A DNA stretch of 64,000 bases from an uncultured Candidatus Saccharibacteria bacterium (GCA_964642835.1 CAZXQA010000001.1:132314-196313), one strand, 5' to 3'. Shown: positions 9,462 through 18,377, numbered from the stretch's first letter. Made by a program: numbers and translations. Notes: a model not told the origin generated them from the sequence alone.

Positions 9462-9575
9462 ACGGTAGTCGAGAATCCCTGTCGGGCAGCCAAGTCGTGC
9501 GACGCACGAGACGCGTCAAAACAACAATATTTTAGGTCTGCATAGAGCGCACCCGTTTAGGACAGGGAAACCTGG
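9462..9575 (+). repeat. tRNA-Gln-derived intergenic repeat, copy 1 (3'-end+CCA module, hairpin, 5'-half-like module)
   Basis: TCGAGAATCCCTGTCGGGCAGCCAAGTCGTGCGACGCACGAGACGCGTCAAAACAACAATATTTTAGGTCTGCATAGAGCGCACCCGTTTAGGACAGGG. The first 17 nt equal the tRNA-Gln 3' end plus CCA. The last part matches the tRNA-Gln D-arm/anticodon stem (TAGGACAG) with the D-loop deleted. Confidence 0.7.
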
Positions 9576-9707
9576 GTGAGCTTCACATATTGAAAATAAC
9601 CAGATTTCATGTTAATTTAAATCCATAGTATTCAATAATTAGATTGCCCAATGAAGACACAAGGCTAACTTTATAAGTTAATTATCCGTTCAAGCGGAGC
9701 TTTGTGT

Positions 9708-11132
9708 ATGCAATCTAAAACTCCCATCAAAAGACCGGTTATTCTCTCATGCCGGCACCTAAAAAAGACATTTAACACCGTAGATGTTCTGAAAGACATT
9801 ACGTTTTCAATTCGCCAAGGCGAAAAGATTGGTGTTGTTGGACCAAACGGCTCAGGAAAGAGTACGCTTTTTGCGATGCTCGCCAATCTGATTGAAAAAG
9901 ATTCTGGACTCATTACATATGGTAAGGGAATAAATGTGGCTTACTTACCCCAAATCCATGAGCAGGAGGAATTAAGTGGTGGAGAAATGGCCAGGAAGGT
10001 ATTGAAGCCGATTATGGGTTCCGATGCAGATCTGTTTCTATTGGACGAACCAACTAATAACTTGGATGTGGATGGGTTAGAAATGGTTGAGAAATTCGTA
10101 AGAGAAAACTCCAGCGCTTTTCTAATCATTTCGCACGATCGTACATTTCTAGATCGTACCGTCTCCAAAATTATTGAGCTAGACCCATACTCCAAAACAG
10201 CCTACGTATATGAGGGTAATTATTCCTCATATATAGAAGAGAAAACAGCAAGAATTGAACGAGCCTGGCATAAATACAGCGACGCTCAAGAGAAGACTCA
10301 AAAACTTTCTAAAGAAGTTGACCAGAGACTTTCTTGGATGAAAAAGATTGAGCAAAAACGGCTCGATATCAAAAAGATTCCAAAGAACATAACTGAAAAG
10401 CCTCACGCTGCGGTTTTGCGTGACAAAGAAGCCAAGGCGGGCAGAAGGGCACGTCTCCTTAAGGATAGGCTTGAAGCTCATAAAGAAGAAGTTAAAGCAG
10501 AGATTGAAAAGCCTGCTCGCGAGCTTCCATTGAAAATTAACTTTGAACCAGTGCGAGGCAGTACCAAGGTTCTGAGTCTCACTAAAGTTGTAAAAAAGCT
10601 GGGTTCAAAAGTAATTGGACCAATCGATGTCTTTATCCAGTATGGGGATAGGGTTCACATAACAGGTAAAAATGGAGTTGGAAAAACAACACTTCTTAAG
10701 CTTATGTTAGGTGAAATGGTGCCAGATAAAGGAGAATTTGTTGTAGGGGAAAACGTTCGCACTGGGTATGTAGAACAATTGAAGGATAGAAATTCTCTAT
10801 CTCAAACAGCCTTAGAGCATTTCCTTGAAAAGACGAAACTCGATCAAACAAATGCTCGCAAAATTCTCAATCGTTTCCGTATTACAACGGAAGATATTGG
10901 TAAAAAAGTTGGCGAATTAAGTCCAGGAGAGTATTCAAGGTTGGTGATAAGCGAATTGGTTGCGATTCAGCCAAATTGCATCATTCTCGATGAACCAAGC
11001 AACCATCTTGATCTTGAGGTTCTGGAAGAGCTTGAAAAGGGGTTGGTAAATTTCCCAGGTACGTTGATTGTGGTGAGCCACGATAGATATTTTGTCGAGA
11101 AAATTAAACTCACCAGAGAAATTTCTCTGTAA
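9708..11132 (+). CDS. ABC-F family ATPase (tandem ABC domains, no TMD; EttA/Uup-like translation factor class)
   Basis: Two Walker A motifs (GPNGSGKST, GKNGVGKTT), two signature/Walker B sets, charged inter-domain linker. GGAG box 8 nt upstream of ATG 9708. Confidence 0.9.
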   Translation: MQSKTPIKRPVILSCRHLKKTFNTVDVLKDITFSIRQGEKIGVVGPNGSGKSTLFAMLANLIEKDSGLITYGKGINVAYLPQIHEQEELSGGEMARKVLKPIMGSDADLFLLDEPTNNLDVDGLEMVEKFVRENSSAFLIISHDRTFLDRTVSKIIELDPYSKTAYVYEGNYSSYIEEKTARIERAWHKYSDAQEKTQKLSKEVDQRLSWMKKIEQKRLDIKKIPKNITEKPHAAVLRDKEAKAGRRARLLKDRLEAHKEEVKAEIEKPARELPLKINFEPVRGSTKVLSLTKVVKKLGSKVIGPIDVFIQYGDRVHITGKNGVGKTTLLKLMLGEMVPDKGEFVVGENVRTGYVEQLKDRNSLSQTALEHFLEKTKLDQTNARKILNRFRITTEDIGKKVGELSPGEYSRLVISELVAIQPNCIILDEPSNHLDLEVLEELEKGLVNFPGTLIVVSHDRYFVEKIKLTREISL

Positions 11133-11164
11133 AATCTAGCTTCTCATGGAGTTAGACTGATCTC

Positions 11165-11335
11165 GGGCGCCTTAAGAGCTACCCATCTTGAGCAGGGAAC
11201 TTTTTAGCTATTTTCAATGGTTCGCTCGTTGTAAAATAAGACTATTCTGGGACTCGGTTCGATTCCAAGACCCGCAGCCAAGTCGAGCTTAGCTCGAGAT
11301 GTGTTAAAACAACGATATCAGATACATATAGAATC
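11165..11335 (+). repeat. tRNA-Gln-derived intergenic repeat, copy 2 (long form with 5' AGCAGGGAACTTTTTAGCTATTTT module)
   Basis: Shares about 130 nt with copies at 18630 and 25753 (…CCCATCTYGAGCAGGGAACTTTTTAGCTATTTT…AAAATAAGRSTATTCTGGGACTCGGTTCGATTMC…GCAGCCAAGTCGAGC…). Confidence 0.65.
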
Positions 11336-11352
11336 TATCGCTACACTTTTGA

Positions 11353-13800
11353 TCAATTATTTTGTGTTTGAGTTGTCGTGACGGATGCACTTGGTGCGAT
11401 ACGAAGAAAGAGAATTAGGAGCAGGCTGAATTCGAAAGCGCCAATGATCGGAGCGCTCCATGCGAGTCCTAAGAGGCCAAATGGGATACCAAGCCCGAAC
11501 AAGGCGAGGAATTTTGCCGTATGCGTGCTGATTTCACTGATGTAGAGCGTGCGGGTCTTTCCGAATGCGGTGAGCGCCGCCCGCAGAAGTCCGACCGGTG
11601 CAAAGGCGACACACATGAACATGATCTGAAAGTAAATAACGGATTCTGGATAGTTTGGAAAGAGGATGCTGTATACAAAAGGAGCGCACGCTATTCCGAA
11701 TATGACCATCGGTATCGTGAGAAGGAAAAGAGCCCCCGTTTTACGGAGTATCGAGCGCTTAAGTTCGGGGGTGTGTAGGTGCGTGCTTAGGTGCGGCAAC
11801 GTAATCGTGCCGATGGGGAGAAGCTGGAATACTTTCATGATTGGCGTTGCGGCGAATGTCTGGATGGCGGTGGCGGTAGGGCCAAGAAGCCACCATACAA
11901 AGATTTTATCGAGGTTTTCCGAAATGGTACGCAATATCTGCATGGCGGTAAGATGGAACCCGAGGGAAAGGGAAGAATCGCTCTCGGGACCGACTGCCTG
12001 CCGACGTACGGTCAGAAATACGAGTATCCCGACAATCGTTTGGACACCCAGGACCCCTGCGACAATAACGATAAGGTTGTTTGAAAGAAGAAGTATCGGG
12101 ATGCTCCCGAGCGCGAGCCCGACGAAATATATGACGGTTACGGATGCGCTCACTCCAAAGCGCTTTTTGCCCTGCCAATAGTTCATGGCAAAGACGCTGA
12201 AGGTGTCGGTGAGCGGTACAAACGGAGCGGAAACAACAAATGCCCAGCCAAGTGAAGAGTTTCCGCTAAGGAGAAACCATGCGCCGATGACCGAGGCGGC
12301 GAGCGTCCCGAGCATGCCCCATCGTAAGCGCGCCCGTAGCATCGGCCACACACTACCGTCATTGCCTTGGGCCACCGCGCGTACGAGCGCGTTGTTCATA
12401 CCGGGAAGCGTGGAGAGGCTGAGTATGCTAAGCGTGGCTATAAGATAGTTGTACGACCCAACCACTTCGCGCGGCACGCGGGCCGCCATCGTCGTCACTA
12501 CCGCGAGCGAAGCGAGCAAGGCTCCGAAACGGCCGATCGTAATGTAGAGCGCGTTGTGCGTCGATTCCTTTAGCGGCATGGCGTCGGGGGTGCGGAGGCG
12601 TTCGCGAGAGCCGCGTATGCCGAACATGGTTCGAAGGCGAATCGCATACTTTCGGGCGGCAAACTTTATAAATTGCCGCAGGTTAGAAACACCATATGTC
12701 TGCATGAGATATGCGACAAATCCGAGCGGGCTACGGTTTGTCTCATGTTTCCAGTATGCATACCAAAGAGTTGGTACGTTGCCGATAGGCGAATAGCGTT
12801 CCTCGTGTATGGTATTCGCGTAGTTTTCGTACGCTCGCCGCTCATTCCTTGAAAAGGGGACGGCTTCTAACTGTTCAAGAAACCAGGCGGGAATCGGCGC
12901 TTGCCAGCGCTCTTTGAGGTAGCGGGCGGCAAGGAAAACTTCAAGGCTGAATCCAAATCGCCGCGCCGATGCCGCTACCGCTTCCCAGTCGACTGGGAAG
13001 GCCTCCATAGCACGAAGTGCGTCTGCAACCCAACGTAGCGTACGCTGGCTGTTTCCTTCGGTGCCATGAATCATGAGATGGATAAGAAAATACTCATTCG
13101 AGAGCCGGAAGCACGGTATGCCGTCGATATCCATGCGTACAGCCGTTTGCCACAGAACTGTGCGAAGAGCTTCGGATGAAGGGGTTTTTAGAAGAAAAAG
13201 ATCGATAGTAGGCGTGTGGTGCGAAAGTGAGAAGATGTTCCAATGGACGTCAACTTCGAGATCACCAGGCCCTATGAAGAGCGTCTCCTTAATGACCTGG
13301 TAAATGCTCGAGACGGGATGGAGTGCGTCGGGCGCATAGGGGATACCATGATGAAAGCCATGTTGATGCAAGAGGGTTGTCATCTGGTATCCGTATTCCG
13401 GCGGTATGAGAATATCGGCATCGCCCAAAAAGCGTGAACCCCGGTCGCGATAGACTTCCAATAGGAGTGGTGTACCCTTTAGGACGAGAATGGGGATGTG
13501 GTGTTTGTCGCAGAGCGTGGCGATACTCTTGGTGATTGCAAGAATGCGTTGGTTGCGCACCCAGGCGCTACGGTATGCACCTTTGATACGATCGTAATAC
13601 TCGTCTTTTATACCCAAACGCTGCATGCGCAGATAGATGAGGGGTACAAGACGGAGATAAACGCCATCGATGCTCTCGAATGTATTGTGCTGAATCCAGA
13701 TCCGCCAAAGGCTCGGGAAATCGCTGTCGCGACATAAAACAAGTTCAAGAAAGGCTTCTTCGTCGAGTGTGGGAAAGCTGTCTGGGTATGGAAGAGGCAT
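11353..13800 (-). CDS. fusion protein: N-terminal uncharacterised nucleotidyltransferase (NTP_transf_5-like) + C-terminal Wzx-like polysaccharide flippase (about 12 TM helices)
   Basis: 815 aa. N-terminal half has LGDADILIPPEY (GDxD nucleotidyltransferase motif) and is soluble. C-terminal about 400 aa is polytopic with oligosaccharide-flippase-like helices. Confidence 0.6.
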   Translation of the reverse strand: MPLPYPDSFPTLDEEAFLELVLCRDSDFPSLWRIWIQHNTFESIDGVYLRLVPLIYLRMQRLGIKDEYYDRIKGAYRSAWVRNQRILAITKSIATLCDKHHIPILVLKGTPLLLEVYRDRGSRFLGDADILIPPEYGYQMTTLLHQHGFHHGIPYAPDALHPVSSIYQVIKETLFIGPGDLEVDVHWNIFSLSHHTPTIDLFLLKTPSSEALRTVLWQTAVRMDIDGIPCFRLSNEYFLIHLMIHGTEGNSQRTLRWVADALRAMEAFPVDWEAVAASARRFGFSLEVFLAARYLKERWQAPIPAWFLEQLEAVPFSRNERRAYENYANTIHEERYSPIGNVPTLWYAYWKHETNRSPLGFVAYLMQTYGVSNLRQFIKFAARKYAIRLRTMFGIRGSRERLRTPDAMPLKESTHNALYITIGRFGALLASLAVVTTMAARVPREVVGSYNYLIATLSILSLSTLPGMNNALVRAVAQGNDGSVWPMLRARLRWGMLGTLAASVIGAWFLLSGNSSLGWAFVVSAPFVPLTDTFSVFAMNYWQGKKRFGVSASVTVIYFVGLALGSIPILLLSNNLIVIVAGVLGVQTIVGILVFLTVRRQAVGPESDSSLSLGFHLTAMQILRTISENLDKIFVWWLLGPTATAIQTFAATPIMKVFQLLPIGTITLPHLSTHLHTPELKRSILRKTGALFLLTIPMVIFGIACAPFVYSILFPNYPESVIYFQIMFMCVAFAPVGLLRAALTAFGKTRTLYISEISTHTAKFLALFGLGIPFGLLGLAWSAPIIGAFEFSLLLILFLRIAPSASVTTTQTQNN

Positions 13801-13807
13801 GGAAATA

Positions 13808-14497
13808 TTAACGCATTGAACGTCTACGATCGATACTGGCCTTCATGATCTTGAGATAGTCGCTATGTCCGGCGAGGTTGAGAGTTGTATTAGTTTGGTG
13901 AACACGCCGTAGATAGAGTACTTCTTGAAGCATGATATGTTTCAGACCAAATTCTTCCGCTCGCATTGTCCAGTCAATAAATTCTCCGATACGATACGCC
14001 TCGTTGAAAGGTCCGACTTTCTTCATGCTCGCTGCCCGTCCAAGAAATGTGGCGGATATTCTGTTGGCAAGAGGCCCCTCAAGAAAGCGTTTTGTGGTGC
14101 GAACAGAATCAGGCAATTCGGGGCTGATAAAATTTTCTAACATACAGTGAACAATGTCGAGATCTGGATGTGTATCGAACATTTCCATTTGTCGTGCAAG
14201 CTTATTTGGTTTCCAAATATCATCAGCGTCGGCGAGCGCGATGAAGGAGCCTCGTGCGATGCGGATGCCCGAGTTGCGTCCAGCGGCAATGCCGCGATTG
14301 GCACGGTGAGATATTACGGTGATTCGGTCGCCGAACGTCTTGAGGGTGGCAGAGGTGGCGTCTGTCGAACAGTCGTCTACCACGATAAGCTCAAGAGGGG
14401 TATATGTTTGGTCAAGAATGCTGTTAATGCTTTCGGCAAGATACGGTTCGCCATTGAGTACTGTCATAACTACGGAGACAAGAGGATTCATACTCAT
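13808..14497 (-). CDS. glycosyltransferase family 2
   Basis: 229 aa. VSVVMTVLNGEPYLAESINSILDQTY, DDCSTDAT, ADADD (DxD). 4-nt overlap with the upstream kinase gene. Confidence 0.85.
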   Translation of the reverse strand: MSMNPLVSVVMTVLNGEPYLAESINSILDQTYTPLELIVVDDCSTDATSATLKTFGDRITVISHRANRGIAAGRNSGIRIARGSFIALADADDIWKPNKLARQMEMFDTHPDLDIVHCMLENFISPELPDSVRTTKRFLEGPLANRISATFLGRAASMKKVGPFNEAYRIGEFIDWTMRAEEFGLKHIMLQEVLYLRRVHQTNTTLNLAGHSDYLKIMKASIDRRRSMR

Positions 14498-15624
14498 AGA
14501 GAGGGAGCGAGAGACGCCGGCCGGGCGTCAAGAAAGGCGCGTATCGTTTCGGGTACGGCGCGCACGTGAGGGCCCAACTCAAGAATAAAGCACGGTGTCT
14601 TCCCAATGATATCGGCGAGAGAAGAGGTCTTCGATGAGGGTGCGAGCGGAAGTTGAAAAAGGGTAGTCGGCACCAGGGCAAGCATGGCTTCAAGTTTTGT
14701 GGCGGGGATAATGCGCGTATGCGAGGCGATGCGCGGAATGAAAATCGCCGCAAGCGGCGCGCACTCCTTTAATTGCCGGGGAAATAGTTCGGATAGAAAC
14801 ACGATCGCTTTTTCAGCCTCTTTTTTCCCGACGCCCTCCGCATTCCAGATAGAGGTGCGAAATTCGGGGAAGTTGGGGAGTTGCTCGGGCTTTATTTTGA
14901 CGGAATTATAAAGGCTGTGCACGCTATTTTGCTCAATGAGAACATAATCGTCCCCGATATAATCCATACCCGACATGAGGCAGGAGAGCGCGGTGGTTGA
15001 TTTTCCCGAGCCGCCCACGGCAGATAACAGCACGGCTCCATTCTCTGTGCCCACCGCGGCTCCATGAACAAAGTGAATGTCGTGATGGGAGAAAAACCAA
15101 TGCAATATAGTGCGCAACGGCGCCGCATGCATCCACTCGGGCACGGCGGCGGCATCATGAATCCAAAAGTAGGCTGTCTGCGAGGCGTAATCGTAGAGAT
15201 ATAGTATGTCCTCGCCGCGCACGAATACGCCCCGGAACGTCGGGTCTGACTCCTTTGCTTTGTCGGGAGTTTCCAGGTTGCCGTATGCAGGATCAGACCA
15301 AGGGCCGCCTAGCGGTACGCCGGAGGAAACACTATCGAGCAGATGAATGGTAAGATCGGGTTCGGCATTACTTGCGGTGGGCAGGTGCGCGAAGGCGCGC
15401 GCGGCGAATTCTGCAAAACGCGGGGCATGCGCACGTATTCGGACGGTTTTACCGGCGATGCGGCGTGTCGTATCGATCGAAGATTTTGCCGAAATGACGG
15501 CTTCAAATGCGGGGACAAATACTTCATCGAGATAATCTCGATGAATAGTGGCGTAATGTTGCATTACGACGGTGTGTGCGTTCTGAGCCATGCGGTAAGT
15601 TTTTGTTTTTCCGACTCGCACCAA
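14494..15624 (-). CDS. HPr kinase/phosphorylase-related P-loop kinase (HprK-related kinase family)
   Basis: 376 aa. GAVLLSAVGGSGKSTTAL Walker A of the HprK C-terminal-domain type, upstream HGAAV block. Lacks the HprK N-terminal domain. Confidence 0.65.
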   Translation of the reverse strand: MVRVGKTKTYRMAQNAHTVVMQHYATIHRDYLDEVFVPAFEAVISAKSSIDTTRRIAGKTVRIRAHAPRFAEFAARAFAHLPTASNAEPDLTIHLLDSVSSGVPLGGPWSDPAYGNLETPDKAKESDPTFRGVFVRGEDILYLYDYASQTAYFWIHDAAAVPEWMHAAPLRTILHWFFSHHDIHFVHGAAVGTENGAVLLSAVGGSGKSTTALSCLMSGMDYIGDDYVLIEQNSVHSLYNSVKIKPEQLPNFPEFRTSIWNAEGVGKKEAEKAIVFLSELFPRQLKECAPLAAIFIPRIASHTRIIPATKLEAMLALVPTTLFQLPLAPSSKTSSLADIIGKTPCFILELGPHVRAVPETIRAFLDARPASLAPSL

Positions 15625-15637
15625 ATTAGAGAATCCG

Positions 15638-16003
15638 TTAGTCCGCCTTTCGCTTCGGCCAGCCCATAGCGTCCACGTCGTGAATGGGGTCGGTGAGAAT
15701 CATTTCCTGCATGTCGGTATAGATTTCGACCGCGGGCGCCTGAAATACCGCTTCGTCCGCAAGATCCCCCGCCTGCTCGGTCTCTCTGATCAGCCCTTCG
15801 GAGAGGAGGGTAGCGACGAATGCGGAGATAGTAGAATTCCCGAGAGGAATAGCTTTGCCGTTGCCTATGGCCGCCCATAACGCAGTCCCGTCTTGGTTCA
15901 TGCTGTAATACGAGCCGGTTTCGATATTGATGACGATCGTCTCATTCTCAAGCGTCTCGCTGATAGCGGTTTTCGAATTTATGGCGTAGGTTTTTGCACT
16001 CAT
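15638..16003 (-). CDS. PqqD-family protein (RiPP recognition element-type peptide chaperone)
   Basis: 121 aa. ETLENETIVINIETGSYYSMNQDGTALWAAIGNGKAI matches the PqqD/RRE pattern (…L.n..tg.yy.LN..g..iW..l…). Confidence 0.65.
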   Translation of the reverse strand: MSAKTYAINSKTAISETLENETIVINIETGSYYSMNQDGTALWAAIGNGKAIPLGNSTISAFVATLLSEGLIRETEQAGDLADEAVFQAPAVEIYTDMQEMILTDPIHDVDAMGWPKRKAD

Positions 16004-16041
16004 GAGTAGTTATTATACTTATCTTTGAGAAATGGAAAAGA

Positions 16042-17292
16042 TTATGGCCGTATTATCTCTCCTCTCTTCTCCGCGTTGCGCACCAAGTTCGTCGCAGAGA
16101 CAGCGTCGCGCACGGCCTGAGAGGAATGATGCTTCCGCACCCACGAAGCGGCCTCGGCGCAAAGCCGCTCGGCCAACCCCGGATCATTTAAAAGGTTGAC
16201 GCAGGCCTCAGCAAACGCTTCGGGTTCATCGGCGATGAGAAGGTGGCGATTGTGCTCAACTCCCAGTCCTTCTGCGCCGATGGCGGTTGAAACCACCGGG
16301 CGGCCAAGCCCGAACGCTTCAAGAATTTTTACGCGGGTGCCGCCTCCGGATCGAATCGGTACAAGGCAGATAGAAGCATTTTGATACACCGGCATGAGGT
16401 CCGCGCGGTTGCGGTCAAAAATGATACCGGGAGTGCCATCGGGGCGAAAGGACGAAGGCGGATTAGCGCCTACCAAATGAAGTTGCAAGGCGCCCTCGTG
16501 CAGCGCTTGTATGCGCGGCCATATTTTATCTACCAGAAACTTTGCGCCGTCGAGATTGGGGAAGTAGTCCATTTTGCCGACGAACATGAGGGTGCGCGGC
16601 AGACTGTCGGGCGGAGGAGGCAGGCGCGAGGCCTGATGCGTTGCATTAGGAATCGCTACGACGCGCTCCGGTTCGGTAAGCGCGCTTATGTTCTCCTTTT
16701 CGCGCGTAGAGGCTACGTAGATTTCTTGGAACTGAGGAAGTAAAACGCGTTCCATCATGCGAAAGAGATGAAGCCCACGCTGCAGTTCCTCGACCTTTTC
16801 GGGCGGAAGACCCGGAGTTTTGAGAAACCGCAGCTGCCGTTTCGAAAGCATCTCATCTAAATCCAGATACACCGGCTGGAGACGGTCGAGTATCAGACGG
16901 ACAAAAACGGCGGTGTCGAATGCAAAGAGTAACGTAGCGTCGATGGCTTTTTCGGCATGAAGCTTTGCAATGAGCTCGGGGGCTTCTTGGGTGGTCGCAT
17001 ATACGGATGAGGGCGAGGCTCCGGCGGAAGCTCGGCGCTCATCGAGCGTATCACTCATATGCAGGTAGGTTATTGAGGCGAAACGAGCAAGGAGCGGCGC
17101 ATCAGGCTGTCCCGATAGAGCATCCGCGTAGATAATTACTACGTGTATGTTAAAGGAATCAGCCAGCGCGTCGAGGATGTGAGCGGCGCGTTGCTGACTG
17201 CCCGTGCCGAGGCGAGTGGGTTGATCGCGCCATATCCATAAAAGATTCGGGCGAGAATCTGCAGATTTTGAGGTAGCGTACATTGCGACCAT
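16042..17292 (-). CDS. glycosyltransferase family 1 (GT-B, GT4-like)
   Basis: 416 aa. C-terminal GGGTRVKILEAFGLGRPVVSTAIGAEGL, the E-x7-E nucleotide-sugar binding region. Confidence 0.85.
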   Translation of the reverse strand: MVAMYATSKSADSRPNLLWIWRDQPTRLGTGSQQRAAHILDALADSFNIHVVIIYADALSGQPDAPLLARFASITYLHMSDTLDERRASAGASPSSVYATTQEAPELIAKLHAEKAIDATLLFAFDTAVFVRLILDRLQPVYLDLDEMLSKRQLRFLKTPGLPPEKVEELQRGLHLFRMMERVLLPQFQEIYVASTREKENISALTEPERVVAIPNATHQASRLPPPPDSLPRTLMFVGKMDYFPNLDGAKFLVDKIWPRIQALHEGALQLHLVGANPPSSFRPDGTPGIIFDRNRADLMPVYQNASICLVPIRSGGGTRVKILEAFGLGRPVVSTAIGAEGLGVEHNRHLLIADEPEAFAEACVNLLNDPGLAERLCAEAASWVRKHHSSQAVRDAVSATNLVRNAEKRGEIIRP

Positions 17293-17323
17293 CTCATTAT
17301 ACTATGGGGTGTGGAATTTGATC

Positions 17324-17369
17324 TCGTTGCATAGAGCGGTCCCTCTTAGGACTCGAACTTTGGTATAAT
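17324..17369 (+). promoter_or_regulatory. conserved promoter module (extended -10, TGgTATAAT) for the NUDIX operon
   Basis: CGTTGCATAGAGCGGTCCCTCTTAGGACTCGAACTTTGGTATAAT. Nearly identical modules precede the genes at 39066 and 58127. ATG lies 12 nt after the TATAAT. Confidence 0.6.
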
Positions 17370-17381
17370 TTCGATATTGTT

Positions 17382-17825
17382 ATGGAATATAGAAAAGCCA
17401 ACTCTTTCGGAGTTATTCCAGTCTGCAAAGACGCCAATGTCTATAAAATATTGATAGTTAAAAATAGTAAGGGTTGTCACTGGGGTTTACCAAAAGGCAC
17501 ACCCGAAGGTAACGAAATTCCGTTAGAGACAGCTGAAAGAGAGCTTAGGGAAGAAACTGGCATTGGATCAAGTGGTATTAGAATACAAGAGTCTCCTGTT
17601 TTCCTGGAATCATATTCTTTCAAACAGGGTGATCTTGTTTATGATAAAACGAATACTTATTATCTTGGATTTGTTTCTGAAATGAGTATTGGAAAGAACC
17701 TTGATGAAATAGATGAAGTTAGGTGGATTCCAATCGATGAAGCTGTAAATATCTTAAGTCATCAAAGTGTTATTGATGTTATATCTAAACTAAGAAGTTA
17801 CTTAAATACTCATAATTTGGTATAA
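17382..17825 (+). CDS. NUDIX hydrolase
   Basis: 147 aa. NUDIX box GLPKGTPEGNEIPLETAERELREETGI. Confidence 0.85.
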   Translation: MEYRKANSFGVIPVCKDANVYKILIVKNSKGCHWGLPKGTPEGNEIPLETAERELREETGIGSSGIRIQESPVFLESYSFKQGDLVYDKTNTYYLGFVSEMSIGKNLDEIDEVRWIPIDEAVNILSHQSVIDVISKLRSYLNTHNLV

Positions 17826-17837
17826 TCAACTTTTCTT

Positions 17838-18377
17838 ATGGACACATATAAAAAATTAGGCACCTTCTACCAACGGGACATTTTCCCACAAATGGAAGAT
17901 ACTCCGTGTGATTTTGAGGATCGTGTAACTGGTAAAAGCATCATTACTAATGAGAGAGGCGGTGTTGCTCTTGTTGGAACCGCAGTTAACTATATCTATA
18001 CCTTGCCTGGTGGCGGAGTAGACGCTGGGGAAAGTATTGAGGAAGGAATTTGTCGTGAAGCCAAAGAAGAAACTGGGTATGATACTGAATGGGTTCGCAA
18101 GATTGGTGTAATTGATGACTTTAGAAATCGAGACAAAAAGCACTGTATAAGCTATTGTGCCTTGCTTAAGGCTACGAGCGAAGTCCAAGAGCTAAACTTA
18201 ACTGATGATGAAAAGAAGAATGGTTTGCATGTAAAGTGGTTTGGTTTGGAAGATGCTAAAAAAGTACTCAGTGAAGAGAATGAACAAGTTAAGAAAGGAG
18301 AGATTTCTTTCTACAATACAGCTTTTAATGTGGTCAGAGACTATGAGTTTCTTAAAGAGTATCAGAAAACTATTTAA
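17838..18377 (+). CDS. NUDIX hydrolase (second, tandem)
   Basis: 179 aa. NUDIX box GGGVDAGESIEEGICREAKEETGY. Confidence 0.85.
   Translation: MDTYKKLGTFYQRDIFPQMEDTPCDFEDRVTGKSIITNERGGVALVGTAVNYIYTLPGGGVDAGESIEEGICREAKEETGYDTEWVRKIGVIDDFRNRDKKHCISYCALLKATSEVQELNLTDDEKKNGLHVKWFGLEDAKKVLSEENEQVKKGEISFYNTAFNVVRDYEFLKEYQKTI

Noticed and set aside
11469-13737. Multiple + strand and off-frame ORFs inside the nucleotidyltransferase-flippase gene
   Set aside because: Shadow ORFs of a long GC-rich membrane-protein gene, with no motifs.
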